64,000 nucleotides of DNA from Deltaproteobacteria bacterium (GTDB lineage: Bacteria; Myxococcota_A; Polyangia; Fen-1088). This document shows positions 40,746-49,825 of this stretch, piece after piece. Each line of letters starts with the position of its first letter. Position 1 is the first letter of the stretch. The notes beneath the pieces were generated by a model. It was not told the origin of the DNA, ran no database searches, and saw only the letters and a list, made by a program, of their open reading frames with translations. The translations under genes were made by a program, and so were the position numbers. The DNA lies in the NCBI GenBank assembly GCA_033763315.1, contig JANRKS010000040.1:32001-96000 (forward strand), read 5' to 3'.

Positions 40746-40949
40746 CTAACGCGGCGGCTTTGCGGGGCAGGTGATCTTCTTCGCTTTCGGTTTGCCATCG
40801 TAACGCTTGCCCACTTCGCCGATGATCACTTCATCACCTGGCTCTGGGGAAAAATTGCAGGCCTCAAAGTCAAACCACAGATCGCCGTGTTCGGGATGAT
40901 CGATGTAACCAAACCCTTGCTGCTTGTTGAACGACTTGATCTTTGGCAC
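40746..40949 (-). CDS. Divergent cold-shock-domain protein (67 aa)
   Basis: GGGAGGA RBS, GTG start; KIKSFNKQQGFGYI RNP1-like motif; PGDEV; KAKKI. Confidence 0.75.
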   Translation of the reverse strand: MPKIKSFNKQQGFGYIDHPEHGDLWFDFEACNFSPEPGDEVIIGEVGKRYDGKPKAKKITCPAKPPR

Positions 40950-41052
40950 GCGATCCTCCCTGGTGTTGCGCGAACGTGAAGCACCAGCGTAAGGGCGCCG
41001 CGAAGGGCCTGTCAAATGGCGCCACGCAACCACATTCGCTTACCTGCACAGC

Positions 41053-41418
41053 TCAGCGTTGCATTTCGATGATCATCAGCTCCATCGATTTATCGGATTC
41101 GTTCAGATCTCCGTGCAGCTCATTCGCCGGATCGGCGGGCAACCAATATGCGTGGCCTGTTTTGAGGCGCAAGCGGCGGGTGGGGCCTTTTTGTTGAGGC
41201 AGGGCCAAGGTGCCGCCTTGCAACGCCACAACCACCCGTCCGTGCTCATGTCGGTGCATTCCTAACCCTTCGTGTGGCGCCAAAATCGTCTTCCACACGC
41301 GGACGTCGGCGTTCTCGAACTGCGCGATCAAGGGTTGCGAGCGAGGCACCGCGAACGAGCGGGCCCCCCAACCAAGCGCCAGACCGCAAGCCAGCCACGC
41401 CATTGTTGTCCGGTTCAT
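41053..41418 (-). CDS. Secreted cupin-domain protein
   Basis: Signal peptide; FENADVRV...MHRHEH, WLPAD...HGDLN. Confidence 0.8.
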   Translation of the reverse strand: MNRTTMAWLACGLALGWGARSFAVPRSQPLIAQFENADVRVWKTILAPHEGLGMHRHEHGRVVVALQGGTLALPQQKGPTRRLRLKTGHAYWLPADPANELHGDLNESDKSMELMIIEMQR

Positions 41419-41436
41419 GCGATAAAGTGTAGGCGC

Positions 41437-42333
41437 ATGAGGGGCCAAACTTCCACACTCTTAACGCTGCTTGGCGCTTGGATGTGCTTTCCGCTGGCCC
41501 ACGCCTCGCCGCATCCAGATGTGGGGATATTCTCTGAGCTCGACAGCGCCGTGGTGGTAACCCTGCCTCCGGCCTCGGCCACCGTACAGCCGCGCCTGCA
41601 AGTGGATCCGCAACGAAGCTTGTTGCTGTTTTACGATGCTGATTTTCCGCTCAAAGCGTTCGCCTTACAGCCCTCCGCCAAAGCCATTCGTGAACCCACC
41701 GATGTGCTCGCGGTTTTGCCGGCGCCAGCGGTGGCTGAGCTTGCACCATGGCTAAAATACCAGCCGGCCGTGATTGTTAAGACGGGGCCTTCGCGCGGCA
41801 ACGGGAGCGATCTCGATGGCGACGGCATTCCGAACCCGCTTGATGTTCTGTTGGGCGCGCGCAAGTTGGTGCTGAACCACGCCGCGTACACGGAGGGGTA
41901 TTACCGCATTCCCTTCCCGCAGGGCGATGTGCCGCGCAACGTGGGCGTGTGCACCGACACGATCATTCGCGCCTTTCGCAACGCGGGCCTTGACCTGCAA
42001 GCGCGTGTGGCCGACGACATTCGCAAGGCGGGCACGGCGTACGGCATCCGCAAGCCCGACACCAACATCGATCACCGTCGCGTAAAGACGCTGCTGGTGT
42101 GGTTTCGCCGCCACATACCGCAGATCAAGGACACAACGCTGCGGCCAGGAGACGTGGTTTTTCTGGATACGTTTCCCACGCGCGCGGGTCCCGACCACGT
42201 AGGCATCATTTCTGATCGGCTCGCGCCAAGCGGCTTGCCGTTTGTGATCAACAACTGGACGGTGGGGTACAAAGAAGATGAGATGGATCTACTGCCGTCC
42301 ATTCCTGTGACCCACCGATTTCGTTTGCCATGA
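41437..42333 (+). CDS. DUF1287 (YijF-like, NlpC/P60-related) protein
   Basis: YY.IPFPQGDVPRNVGVCTDTIIRAFR.AGLDLQ, DTNIDHRRV, PGDVV, HVGIISD. Confidence 0.88.
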   Translation: MRGQTSTLLTLLGAWMCFPLAHASPHPDVGIFSELDSAVVVTLPPASATVQPRLQVDPQRSLLLFYDADFPLKAFALQPSAKAIREPTDVLAVLPAPAVAELAPWLKYQPAVIVKTGPSRGNGSDLDGDGIPNPLDVLLGARKLVLNHAAYTEGYYRIPFPQGDVPRNVGVCTDTIIRAFRNAGLDLQARVADDIRKAGTAYGIRKPDTNIDHRRVKTLLVWFRRHIPQIKDTTLRPGDVVFLDTFPTRAGPDHVGIISDRLAPSGLPFVINNWTVGYKEDEMDLLPSIPVTHRFRLP

Positions 42334-43379
42334 AACGACGGCAGTGGCTCACACACGCGGCGGTTGCGGCGCTTGCACGCACAAGCTTGGCCGCGGCGCC
42401 CAAGCGGTGGCCCACGCCCAACCTCGCGGAGGATCAAGTGCTTCGGTGCGTGGCGGGCATCCGACCTTACCGCAAAGGCGGCGTGCGCATCGAACGTGAA
42501 GAAGCGGCGGGAAAAGCACTGGTTCACAACTATGGCCACGGCGGTGCGGGCTACACATTGTCGTGGGGCAGCGCCAAGGCTGCGGTTGATTTGGTGAAAC
42601 ACGAAAGCCGTGGTGCCTGTGCGGTATTGGGCGCGGGGGTGGTGGGCCTCTCCACTGCGGCGTTGCTTCTGGAGGCGGGCTTTGCGGTGCACGTTTACGC
42701 GCAAGCCTTTCCACCACACACCACATCCGACGTTGCTGGCGCCGAGTGGTCGCCCGACATCGTTGATCGCGGTGAGACGCCCGCACAGCGCCGCCGCTTC
42801 GATCAGATGCTGCTCGACTCTTGGCACCGCTTTATGCAATTGCGTGGCGACAGGTGGTGCGTTTACCCGCGCGCAATCTACGAAGCCGATGACGTTATCA
42901 GTGGCTTGGATGAACTTCCGGCGGGAATCATGGCGCCGGGCAAACGCGTGCGGCACCTGCCCTTTGCCCCCCACCACGCGGGCCGCGTTTTTCAAACCTT
43001 ACTCATCGAAGCGCCGGCATATCTGCAAACGTTGGTGGCTTACATCAAGGGCAAGGGTGCTGTGCTGCACGAGCGAAGCATTCACAACGCAGCGGATGTG
43101 TCGGCCCTCAAAGAACGTTTGGTGTTCAATTGCATTGGCATGGGCGCTGCGGCCGCGTTCGCGGATGAGGCGATGGTTCCCATTCGCGGCCAGTTGGTTC
43201 ATTTGCGCCCTCAAGCCCTGCCGTACATTCTGGATCACGTTGATGGTTATGTGCTGTCACGCAGGGACGCGCTGATCTTGGGCGGTTCGTTTGAAGCTGG
43301 CGTGGACGATCCTCATCCCGACAACGCCACCCGCGCGCGCATCCTGCAAGTCAACCGCCGCTTCTTCGCACGCTCGTGA
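42330..43379 (+). CDS. Tat-exported FAD-dependent D-amino-acid-oxidase-like protein, circularly permuted
   Basis: KRRQWL Tat motif; GIRPYR and VHNYGHGGAGYTLSWG come before the Rossmann AVLGAGVVGL; TSDVAGA; NCIG; PIRGQ. Confidence 0.88.
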   Translation: MKRRQWLTHAAVAALARTSLAAAPKRWPTPNLAEDQVLRCVAGIRPYRKGGVRIEREEAAGKALVHNYGHGGAGYTLSWGSAKAAVDLVKHESRGACAVLGAGVVGLSTAALLLEAGFAVHVYAQAFPPHTTSDVAGAEWSPDIVDRGETPAQRRRFDQMLLDSWHRFMQLRGDRWCVYPRAIYEADDVISGLDELPAGIMAPGKRVRHLPFAPHHAGRVFQTLLIEAPAYLQTLVAYIKGKGAVLHERSIHNAADVSALKERLVFNCIGMGAAAAFADEAMVPIRGQLVHLRPQALPYILDHVDGYVLSRRDALILGGSFEAGVDDPHPDNATRARILQVNRRFFARS

Positions 43380-43469
43380 CGTTGGCCCGCGTGGCCGATC
43401 ACAAAACAAGCGCTAAGCTTCTGCCGGGGCTTCCTGCCCCGCGAGGACTATGGGGGCGATAGCAAAATA

Positions 43470-44642
43470 GTGTTTAAACGCTGGCGACGGCGGCTGTGGC
43501 ACGCGTTTCTTGTTGGCAGCACCTTAATGCTGGCGGTGGTGACCGTGACGTTGGTGATGGCGTGGCCGTCGTTCGGCAGCAAAGCCCAAGGCAACCGTCG
43601 CCAAAGAATGCTTGCCTCGCCGCAGTGGAAGGACGGCCAGTTTCACAACCCACAGCCGTTGTTCAACGACCCGTGGGGCGCCTTGATCGGCATGGGCCAC
43701 GTGAGCGACAACGTTAGCCCACATGAAGCTGTGCCCGTTCTCAGCGTCGATGCGGCCATTTTTTCCACGCCGCCCGCGTCAGGCCTTCGCGTCACGTGGA
43801 TGGGGCATTCAACCGTGCTTGTCGAGATCGACGGACACCGCGTGTTGACCGATCCAATGTGGGGGCCGCGCGCGTCGCCGCTGACGTGGGTGGGGCCCAA
43901 GCGTTGGTACGATCCTCGCTTGGCGATCGAACGGTTGCCCTCCCTGGACGCTGTCCTCGTTTCTCACGATCACTACGACCATTTGGATCGCTTCACGATC
44001 GAAGCGCTGAACAAACTACAAACAAAATTCATCGTGCCCTTAGGTGTGGGCGCTCATCTGGAATCATGGGGTGTGCCTGCCAACAAGATCGTTGAGCTGG
44101 ATTGGTGGCAAAGCACGACCTTGGGGGATCTCACGGTGAATTGCACGCCGGCCCGCCACGCCTCTGGTCGCACTGTGGTCACCGACAAAGACGCCACGTT
44201 GTGGGCCGGGTATGCACTGGTGACATCGAAGCATCGCGTTTACTTCTCCGGTGACACGGGATTATTTTCGGCCATGCAAGAGATTGGGCGACGCTGGGGC
44301 CCTTTCGATCTAACGATGATCGAAGTGGGGCAATACCACCGCTCGTGGCCGGATTGGCACATCGGTCCCGAACAGGCGGTGGTGGCGCATGCGCTGCTGC
44401 GAGGACGCGTGATGCTGCCGATTCATTGGGGTTTGTTTGCGCTGGCGTTCCACGGTTGGACGGAACCCGTGGAGCGCGTGATGGTGGCGGCCGCCAAAGC
44501 TCATGTGCCCCTGATGTTGCCCAAGCCAGGGGAAAGCCAAGAGCCGCAAAGTCATCGGGCGCCCGCGCGGTGGTGGCCACCGTTGCCGTGGGAAACGGCC
44601 GAGCAGCATCCCGTTGTGTCGTCTCAGGTCAATCTGAAGTAA
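43470..44642 (+). CDS. MBL-fold metallo-hydrolase (RomA/NAPE-PLD-like)
   Basis: WMGHST, LTDP, SHDHYDHLD, RHASGR, GDTG, PIHWG. Confidence 0.92.
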   Translation: MFKRWRRRLWHAFLVGSTLMLAVVTVTLVMAWPSFGSKAQGNRRQRMLASPQWKDGQFHNPQPLFNDPWGALIGMGHVSDNVSPHEAVPVLSVDAAIFSTPPASGLRVTWMGHSTVLVEIDGHRVLTDPMWGPRASPLTWVGPKRWYDPRLAIERLPSLDAVLVSHDHYDHLDRFTIEALNKLQTKFIVPLGVGAHLESWGVPANKIVELDWWQSTTLGDLTVNCTPARHASGRTVVTDKDATLWAGYALVTSKHRVYFSGDTGLFSAMQEIGRRWGPFDLTMIEVGQYHRSWPDWHIGPEQAVVAHALLRGRVMLPIHWGLFALAFHGWTEPVERVMVAAAKAHVPLMLPKPGESQEPQSHRAPARWWPPLPWETAEQHPVVSSQVNLK

Positions 44643-44649
44643 GGCGCAT

Positions 44650-45537
44650 TTAGAGCGCAAGCGGTGATGTGCCTCGCCACAGTTCGCCCACCTCAAACGC
44701 TGTGAGGGCGCGGTTCCACAAGGCCACGTCATCGATCAGGCCCACAAACGGTTCGGTGGGATCGTTGCCGTTGAGGTTATTTCCAATGAAGAACGACTCG
44801 GTCTCGTCGTGCCCCAACGTATTTTGCAGAGTTGGCCCCAGAGCCATGAGGACGCCGTTGACGTAGAGCCGTAGCTCCTTGCCATCGAACGTCGTTGCCA
44901 CATGAACCCATTGGTCTAACCGCGCGGCGTTGGACGCGATCAAATGTGAGGCATTGCCGCCCAAGCAGTTGGAGAACACCGAGATGTGTGGATATTCGAT
45001 GGTTAGATTGATTGATTCACGCGTGTCGTCGCAACGGCGCGAAACAATTGAATAGTAAAGGGAGTCTCGATTCTTCAGATACACCCACGCTGCCGCCGTC
45101 ATCGAGGCGTTGGTGCTTTGTAGGGCTTCGGAGGGCAGAAGGCGCACGCCTGACAAGGCGCCGTCCGCCGGTGGTATTAACGAAATGGCTTTCCCTGTTC
45201 GGCCGGGCACGGACATACAAGTGCATGCGTCGCCCTCCAAGAGGGCCTGCGTTCCATTGCCGCTTTTGTCGGCAAAGGTTCTGGAGCCCGATGGATCTTC
45301 GAAAGGGAAATAGGCAATCGAGGCGTTTGTTCCCGACGGGAATCCAGCGTCGCTGTTGCCGCCCGCGTTGCTGTTGCCGCCCGCCCCGTCCCCGCGTTCG
45401 CCAACCGCCCCGCCCGCGCGCTCGCCGCCAGCCCCCAAACCACCGCCACCACCTCCTTGTGGACCCGCAGAGGGATCATAAGCCGGGTTTGGGACCTCGC
45501 ACGCAGCGAGCACCCACAAAAACCTCAGAAGCGTCAT
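44650..45537 (-). CDS. LamG/concanavalin-A-like lipoprotein
   Basis: LAAC-EVPNPAY lipobox; Gly-rich linker; AYFPFE, QWVHVATTFDG..LRLYVNG, FVGLIDDVALWNRAL. Confidence 0.85.
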   Translation of the reverse strand: MTLLRFLWVLAACEVPNPAYDPSAGPQGGGGGGLGAGGERAGGAVGERGDGAGGNSNAGGNSDAGFPSGTNASIAYFPFEDPSGSRTFADKSGNGTQALLEGDACTCMSVPGRTGKAISLIPPADGALSGVRLLPSEALQSTNASMTAAAWVYLKNRDSLYYSIVSRRCDDTRESINLTIEYPHISVFSNCLGGNASHLIASNAARLDQWVHVATTFDGKELRLYVNGVLMALGPTLQNTLGHDETESFFIGNNLNGNDPTEPFVGLIDDVALWNRALTAFEVGELWRGTSPLAL

Positions 45538-45869
45538 GGCTGTGTAGCGCCCGGTCAAGCGGCAAAACACAGACGAGGAGATCGACATGGCTCAGGCTTG
45601 TGTATCGGCGGGTGCGGCTTTGGACTTGCGTGTGCCTTACGTTCAAGCGCTCGCACCCAAAAGGACCGCCTCCGGTGGGCGTTTTCCTTGGTCCGCCGCT
45701 TGCGCTTAAGGCTCGAAGCGGGCCGCCCGATAGGACTTTCCCAACCCACCTTGGGGATCCACTGCTTCATATAGGCAAAAAGACTACTTGCTTTGCCTTC
45801 AATAAAGTGTAATTTACCACCCACACAATCACACAGACAATTGCAGTCCCCCCTCATCAAGGAGAGTCA

Positions 45870-46514
45870 ATGCGCCATCTCGTTTCCAAAGGGTTGATCC
45901 TCGGTCTGGTTGCGCTTGCAAGCGCCCCGGCTTTTGCGGCCAAGAGCGTCACTAAACTCAGCTTTCGAGGCAGCTCCGCCTTTGCGTCCATCAGTGGCTA
46001 TAACGGCTGCGGCACGGCCTCGTTCAACGTGAACGCGTCCGAGAACGTCAGCCGGCAAACGGGTTCCGGAACCTCAGAATCGCGCGCCGTGATGGTGTCG
46101 GTGAATTTCGCCAATTGCGACGGCAGCAGCTACGTCGGATTCTTTCAGCTGGATGGCGCGGGTTACACCCACTCTGCCCAGGGCGTGACGATCAACAAAA
46201 CCATCATCGTGGACAAAACGACCTTTGGTTTCGACGAGTGGGGCAACCCCACGTGGGTGCCAACCGGCGAACAAGCCACGGTCTCGATCTCGGTGAATCT
46301 GGTGCCAACCGGCGACTACTTCAAGGGTGACACCAACAACACGCAAAGCAGCACCAACGTGTTTATCAAGAACCGCAGCCGAGGCACCATCTATGAGGTG
46401 GACGCCACGCTCGCCGCTTCAATCGATGGCGTACCCGTAAGCTTCGGCTTCGGATTCCCCTACGGCCAAATGAGCGACACGCAGTTCGGCCAACTCACAA
46501 TCATCACGCAATAA
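45870..46514 (+). CDS. Secreted beta-rich hypothetical protein
   Basis: AAGGAG RBS, signal peptide (APAFA), strongly biased codons. Confidence 0.8.
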   Translation: MRHLVSKGLILGLVALASAPAFAAKSVTKLSFRGSSAFASISGYNGCGTASFNVNASENVSRQTGSGTSESRAVMVSVNFANCDGSSYVGFFQLDGAGYTHSAQGVTINKTIIVDKTTFGFDEWGNPTWVPTGEQATVSISVNLVPTGDYFKGDTNNTQSSTNVFIKNRSRGTIYEVDATLAASIDGVPVSFGFGFPYGQMSDTQFGQLTIITQ

Positions 46515-46525
46515 AGTTATCAGAA

Positions 46526-46573
46526 GAAACGAGCGCGCCTCCCGCAAAGCATTGCGTGGGGCGCTTTTCGTTT
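46526..46573. terminator. Intrinsic terminator hairpin
   Basis: AAACGAGCGCGCCTCCCGCAA-loop-TTGCGTGGGGCGCTTTTCGTTT just after the stop at 46514. Confidence 0.6.
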
Positions 46574-46742
46574 GCGCTCATAGTGAAAGTACGGCGTGAG
46601 TTTCGCTTCTAGCGGCAGTTCATGGGCCGCTTGCTCCCAGAGACGCGCGTCGGCGCCCCACTTTATTAACAGCTTGTCGGCATCGCTTTGGTCATTTGCA
46701 AGCGCCTTGCAATGCGCTGGTGCCCGCAGACTTAAGGTGCAA

Positions 46743-47966
46743 TTAAAGCAAGTGACCAAGCTCTTGCTTGATCGAACGCATCGCCGAAGCCGCCACGGCA
46801 ATGGTGCGAGCGATGTCATCGCGCGTGTGCGCGGCGCTCGTGAACCAAAGGTGCCGTGGATGCATGAGGATCCCTCCCTCAAGCATCCGCGCATAGAACC
46901 CATCGCGCAGACTCGCGTTGGTCTGCGTGTCGGGGTGTTGCCAACTCAGAAATGGCATTGAAGGAACGGGTTCCGCGTAGGCCACCGCAGGCAAACCTTC
47001 CGCCAACGCCATGCCGTTGAGGCCGTCGATCAGGGTTTGACCGAGCTCGTTCACCTTTCCCGCAACGTTGCTGCGGTCCACAATCTCCAGAACCTTTAAT
47101 GCAGCGGCGATGGCACCCGTCTCACCATGAAATGTGGCGGAATAGTGCATGCCGCTGCCGCTTTCCATGATGTGTCGCTTGCCGATGACGGCAGCGATGG
47201 GCCAACCGTTGCCCAGAGCTTTGCTTAAGGTCGTGACATCTGGATCGAGATCTAAGAGCGCCTGAATCGAGCCCTTGCTTGTGCGAAGACCCGTCTTCAC
47301 CTCATCGAGGATAAACACCGCACCTGCATCCGCGGCAGCATCCATCCAGGATTGAAAGACGTCCCGCGTGGGATCGAGCACCATCTCGGGTGCAACAATT
47401 ACGGCCGCAATTTCATCACCATCTCGTTCAAGAATGTGTTCCAGCGAACCCGGCACCCGCGGCGTGAACTCGTAGACTTGCTCCGAAAGTCCATGCGGAA
47501 CAAACGGCTCCAGCGGCAGGCACCAATCGTGCCATCCGTGGTAACCGCACCTAGCAACTTTGCGGCGCTTGGTATGCTTGCGCGCGATCCGCAACGCGGC
47601 GGTGGTGGCTTCTGAGCCCGTCTTGAAGAACACGCCGCAATCACTGCGAGGAAAACGCGACAACAGCGTCTCCATGAATTTCAGATGCAAAGGGTGGTTG
47701 AGCGATAGCAGTGCGCCCTTGCGGATCTGTTCAAACGCGGCTTCGTTGACTTCCTCATTCGCGTAGCCAAGGAGGAACGGCCCATAAGCCATGATGTAAT
47801 CGATGTATTCGTTGCCATCCACGTCAACACACCGAGCGCCCGAACCGCGCTCGAAGTAAAGCGGCGAGTTCTCCGGCGCCAGCAGCGGGCGCCCCGACAA
47901 ATGAATGCCTCCTGGGATCAACTTCTTCGCCGCCTCGAAGAGCGCTGCAGACCGCGCGAATTCCAA
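46743..47966 (-). CDS. Class III PLP aminotransferase (glutamate-1-semialdehyde aminomutase-like, not canonical HemL)
   Basis: AAGGA RBS plus TTG start; DVDGNEYID, KTGSEAT, YHGWHDW, DEVKTG, SKALGNG. Confidence 0.88.
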   Translation of the reverse strand: MEFARSAALFEAAKKLIPGGIHLSGRPLLAPENSPLYFERGSGARCVDVDGNEYIDYIMAYGPFLLGYANEEVNEAAFEQIRKGALLSLNHPLHLKFMETLLSRFPRSDCGVFFKTGSEATTAALRIARKHTKRRKVARCGYHGWHDWCLPLEPFVPHGLSEQVYEFTPRVPGSLEHILERDGDEIAAVIVAPEMVLDPTRDVFQSWMDAAADAGAVFILDEVKTGLRTSKGSIQALLDLDPDVTTLSKALGNGWPIAAVIGKRHIMESGSGMHYSATFHGETGAIAAALKVLEIVDRSNVAGKVNELGQTLIDGLNGMALAEGLPAVAYAEPVPSMPFLSWQHPDTQTNASLRDGFYARMLEGGILMHPRHLWFTSAAHTRDDIARTIAVAASAMRSIKQELGHLL

Positions 47967-48172
47967 TGATTGGTCCTTTCGTTGCGGCGCGATGAATGCA
48001 ACGAGTGTTCCACCGCAATGGCATGTGGACGGCCGGAGCCAAGGCCACCAGGGCATAGGCTCAACGTTTAATGCCGGCCTTGTCGTTACTGTCAGTTCAC
48101 CAACGTCGGGGTAATGTGACCGAGTGAAGTGTCGTGGGCCTTTAAGACTTCATCGGCCGCGGGCCAAGCGCG

Positions 48173-48895
48173 CTACCAAATAAAGCCGAAGAAGGCCGCA
48201 AGTTCAATGTGCCCCGGGTGGCTGATCATCGTGCCGAAGCTGCCACCAAAACGCCAGTCCGTGGCGGCGGCCACGCGAAATTCATCCATCGCCGTAAGCC
48301 CAAGCACTTTTTCGCCGATGCTTGTGTAAATGCCGGCGCTTCCGCGATGTGCGCCGAACGCGGGCGCGCCCATCATGAAGCGGGCGCTGTAGCCACCGCT
48401 GGCCGTGAAGGGGGCCGCGTCTCCCACTTGCAGGCCACCGTGCCAGTGGCTCTGCTGGCCAAACCGCACGCGAAGCACGCCATAAGGTAAAACGCGCGCG
48501 CGAAAATCCGGCCGGCGGCGGCTGGCGCCATAAGCCCAAGGTCCCATGGAAATGTGGAAGCGACGACCGTCGTAGCCGATGAGCGTTTGCAAAGCGAAGG
48601 CCGGTGCGTGTTGCCCACGCCACGATTGAACCGCGTGGTTGTAGTTGTTGATGTCTTGCCGATAACTGCCCACCGCTGCGAGATACAACCAACGGCCCAC
48701 ACGCGTTTCCGCGTGACCGTAGATCTCTGCGAATGGATAGGCATCTTGCGCATAGCCGCCCACTTGATCAACGCCAGCCGCAAGACCTGCACCCAAACGC
48801 GTCGTGGCTGCTTCGTCACCCTCAAGGCCAACGGCGCGGGCGTCACGCGCCCCCAAGATCACGAGCGAAGCCGCAAGGATCCAGTCACGTCTCAT
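48173..48895 (-). CDS. Hypothetical secreted/outer-membrane beta-strand protein
   Basis: Signal peptide, Gly/aromatic amphipathic strands, C-terminal FGFIW; ATGA overlap with the GDPD gene. Confidence 0.65.
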   Translation of the reverse strand: MRRDWILAASLVILGARDARAVGLEGDEAATTRLGAGLAAGVDQVGGYAQDAYPFAEIYGHAETRVGRWLYLAAVGSYRQDINNYNHAVQSWRGQHAPAFALQTLIGYDGRRFHISMGPWAYGASRRRPDFRARVLPYGVLRVRFGQQSHWHGGLQVGDAAPFTASGGYSARFMMGAPAFGAHRGSAGIYTSIGEKVLGLTAMDEFRVAAATDWRFGGSFGTMISHPGHIELAAFFGFIW

Positions 48896-49815
48896 TTCAG
48901 CACACCTTGCGCACGCAAACGCGCAAGCACCTCGCGCGCCGTATCGGGATAATCTGTGTATATGCCGTCGGCCCCGAGCCGGAACAAGCGTTCCATGGTG
49001 GCCGCGTCGTTGATGGTCCAATACACCACGGCCACACCATCGTCGTGCGCGTGATCCAAGATGCCTTTGGTATCGAGTGCCAGGCCAGCACCTGACAGGG
49101 GCGAAGCAAAGCAATCAAAATGCGGGCACGCGGCGTAATCCCAGCCCGCTTTCGCACTTAAAGCCAAACACTTCGCAGCACCCGTGGGGTAGTAACTGGC
49201 CACCTCGGGCAGCGCGGCCTGAATGCGCGCCGCGATGTCATCCGATTCGGCGCCTGCAATCAAATGATCCAGGCGTCCCGTGGCGCGCAGGGCATCGGCC
49301 ACTCGCTGTTCAATGCCCGCCGCTTTGGCTTCAACGCTGTAACGAGCGCCCGCGGGCAACGCTGCCAGCACCTCCTGCAAGGTGGCAATGCGGTAGCCCT
49401 GGCCTCGAAACGGAAAACGCGAAGGATCGGCCGAGTGGCAATCGCCGCGCTCCGCCGTGCCATTGCCCACGTTGGGCGTGGCACAATAGCCGGCGTCCAG
49501 AGCTTGCAATTGCGCCAAGGTCAGATCGCGCACGTTGCCGGTGCCATTGGTGGTGCGATCAACATCCGCGTCATGAATCACCACCAGCACGCCATCGGCG
49601 CTGGCGTGCACGTCAAACTCCAGCACCGCGTCCGGGTTGCGCTCGTGCGCATGCAACATCGTGGGAATGGTCTCTTCGGGCTCAACGCCGCCGCCAAAGC
49701 GATGCGCAAACACCAACGGCGAAGTCTGCGTGCGGAAGAACCTATGCAACGCTCGATCACTGCAGGCCGATGTGGTCAAACACCCAAGCAAAACGAGCGA
49801 GAATGCGAGACGCAT
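48892..49815 (-). CDS. Glycerophosphodiester phosphodiesterase lipoprotein
   Basis: FAHRFGG..PEET, LEFDVH, VIHD..VDRTT, EAK, YWTIND, GIYTDYP. Confidence 0.92.
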   Translation of the reverse strand: MRLAFSLVLLGCLTTSACSDRALHRFFRTQTSPLVFAHRFGGGVEPEETIPTMLHAHERNPDAVLEFDVHASADGVLVVIHDADVDRTTNGTGNVRDLTLAQLQALDAGYCATPNVGNGTAERGDCHSADPSRFPFRGQGYRIATLQEVLAALPAGARYSVEAKAAGIEQRVADALRATGRLDHLIAGAESDDIAARIQAALPEVASYYPTGAAKCLALSAKAGWDYAACPHFDCFASPLSGAGLALDTKGILDHAHDDGVAVVYWTINDAATMERLFRLGADGIYTDYPDTAREVLARLRAQGVLK

Positions 49816-49825
49816 CGGTTCGTGC

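Noticed and set aside
46256-46315. 15-bp direct repeat GGTGCCAACCGGCGA
   Set aside because: Lies within a CDS and encodes VPTG twice; no sign of a mobile element or att site.
46575-46720. Ankyrin-like phrase (DKLLIKWGAD) on the minus strand downstream of the aminotransferase
   Set aside because: A single weak motif with no start; cannot be distinguished from chance.
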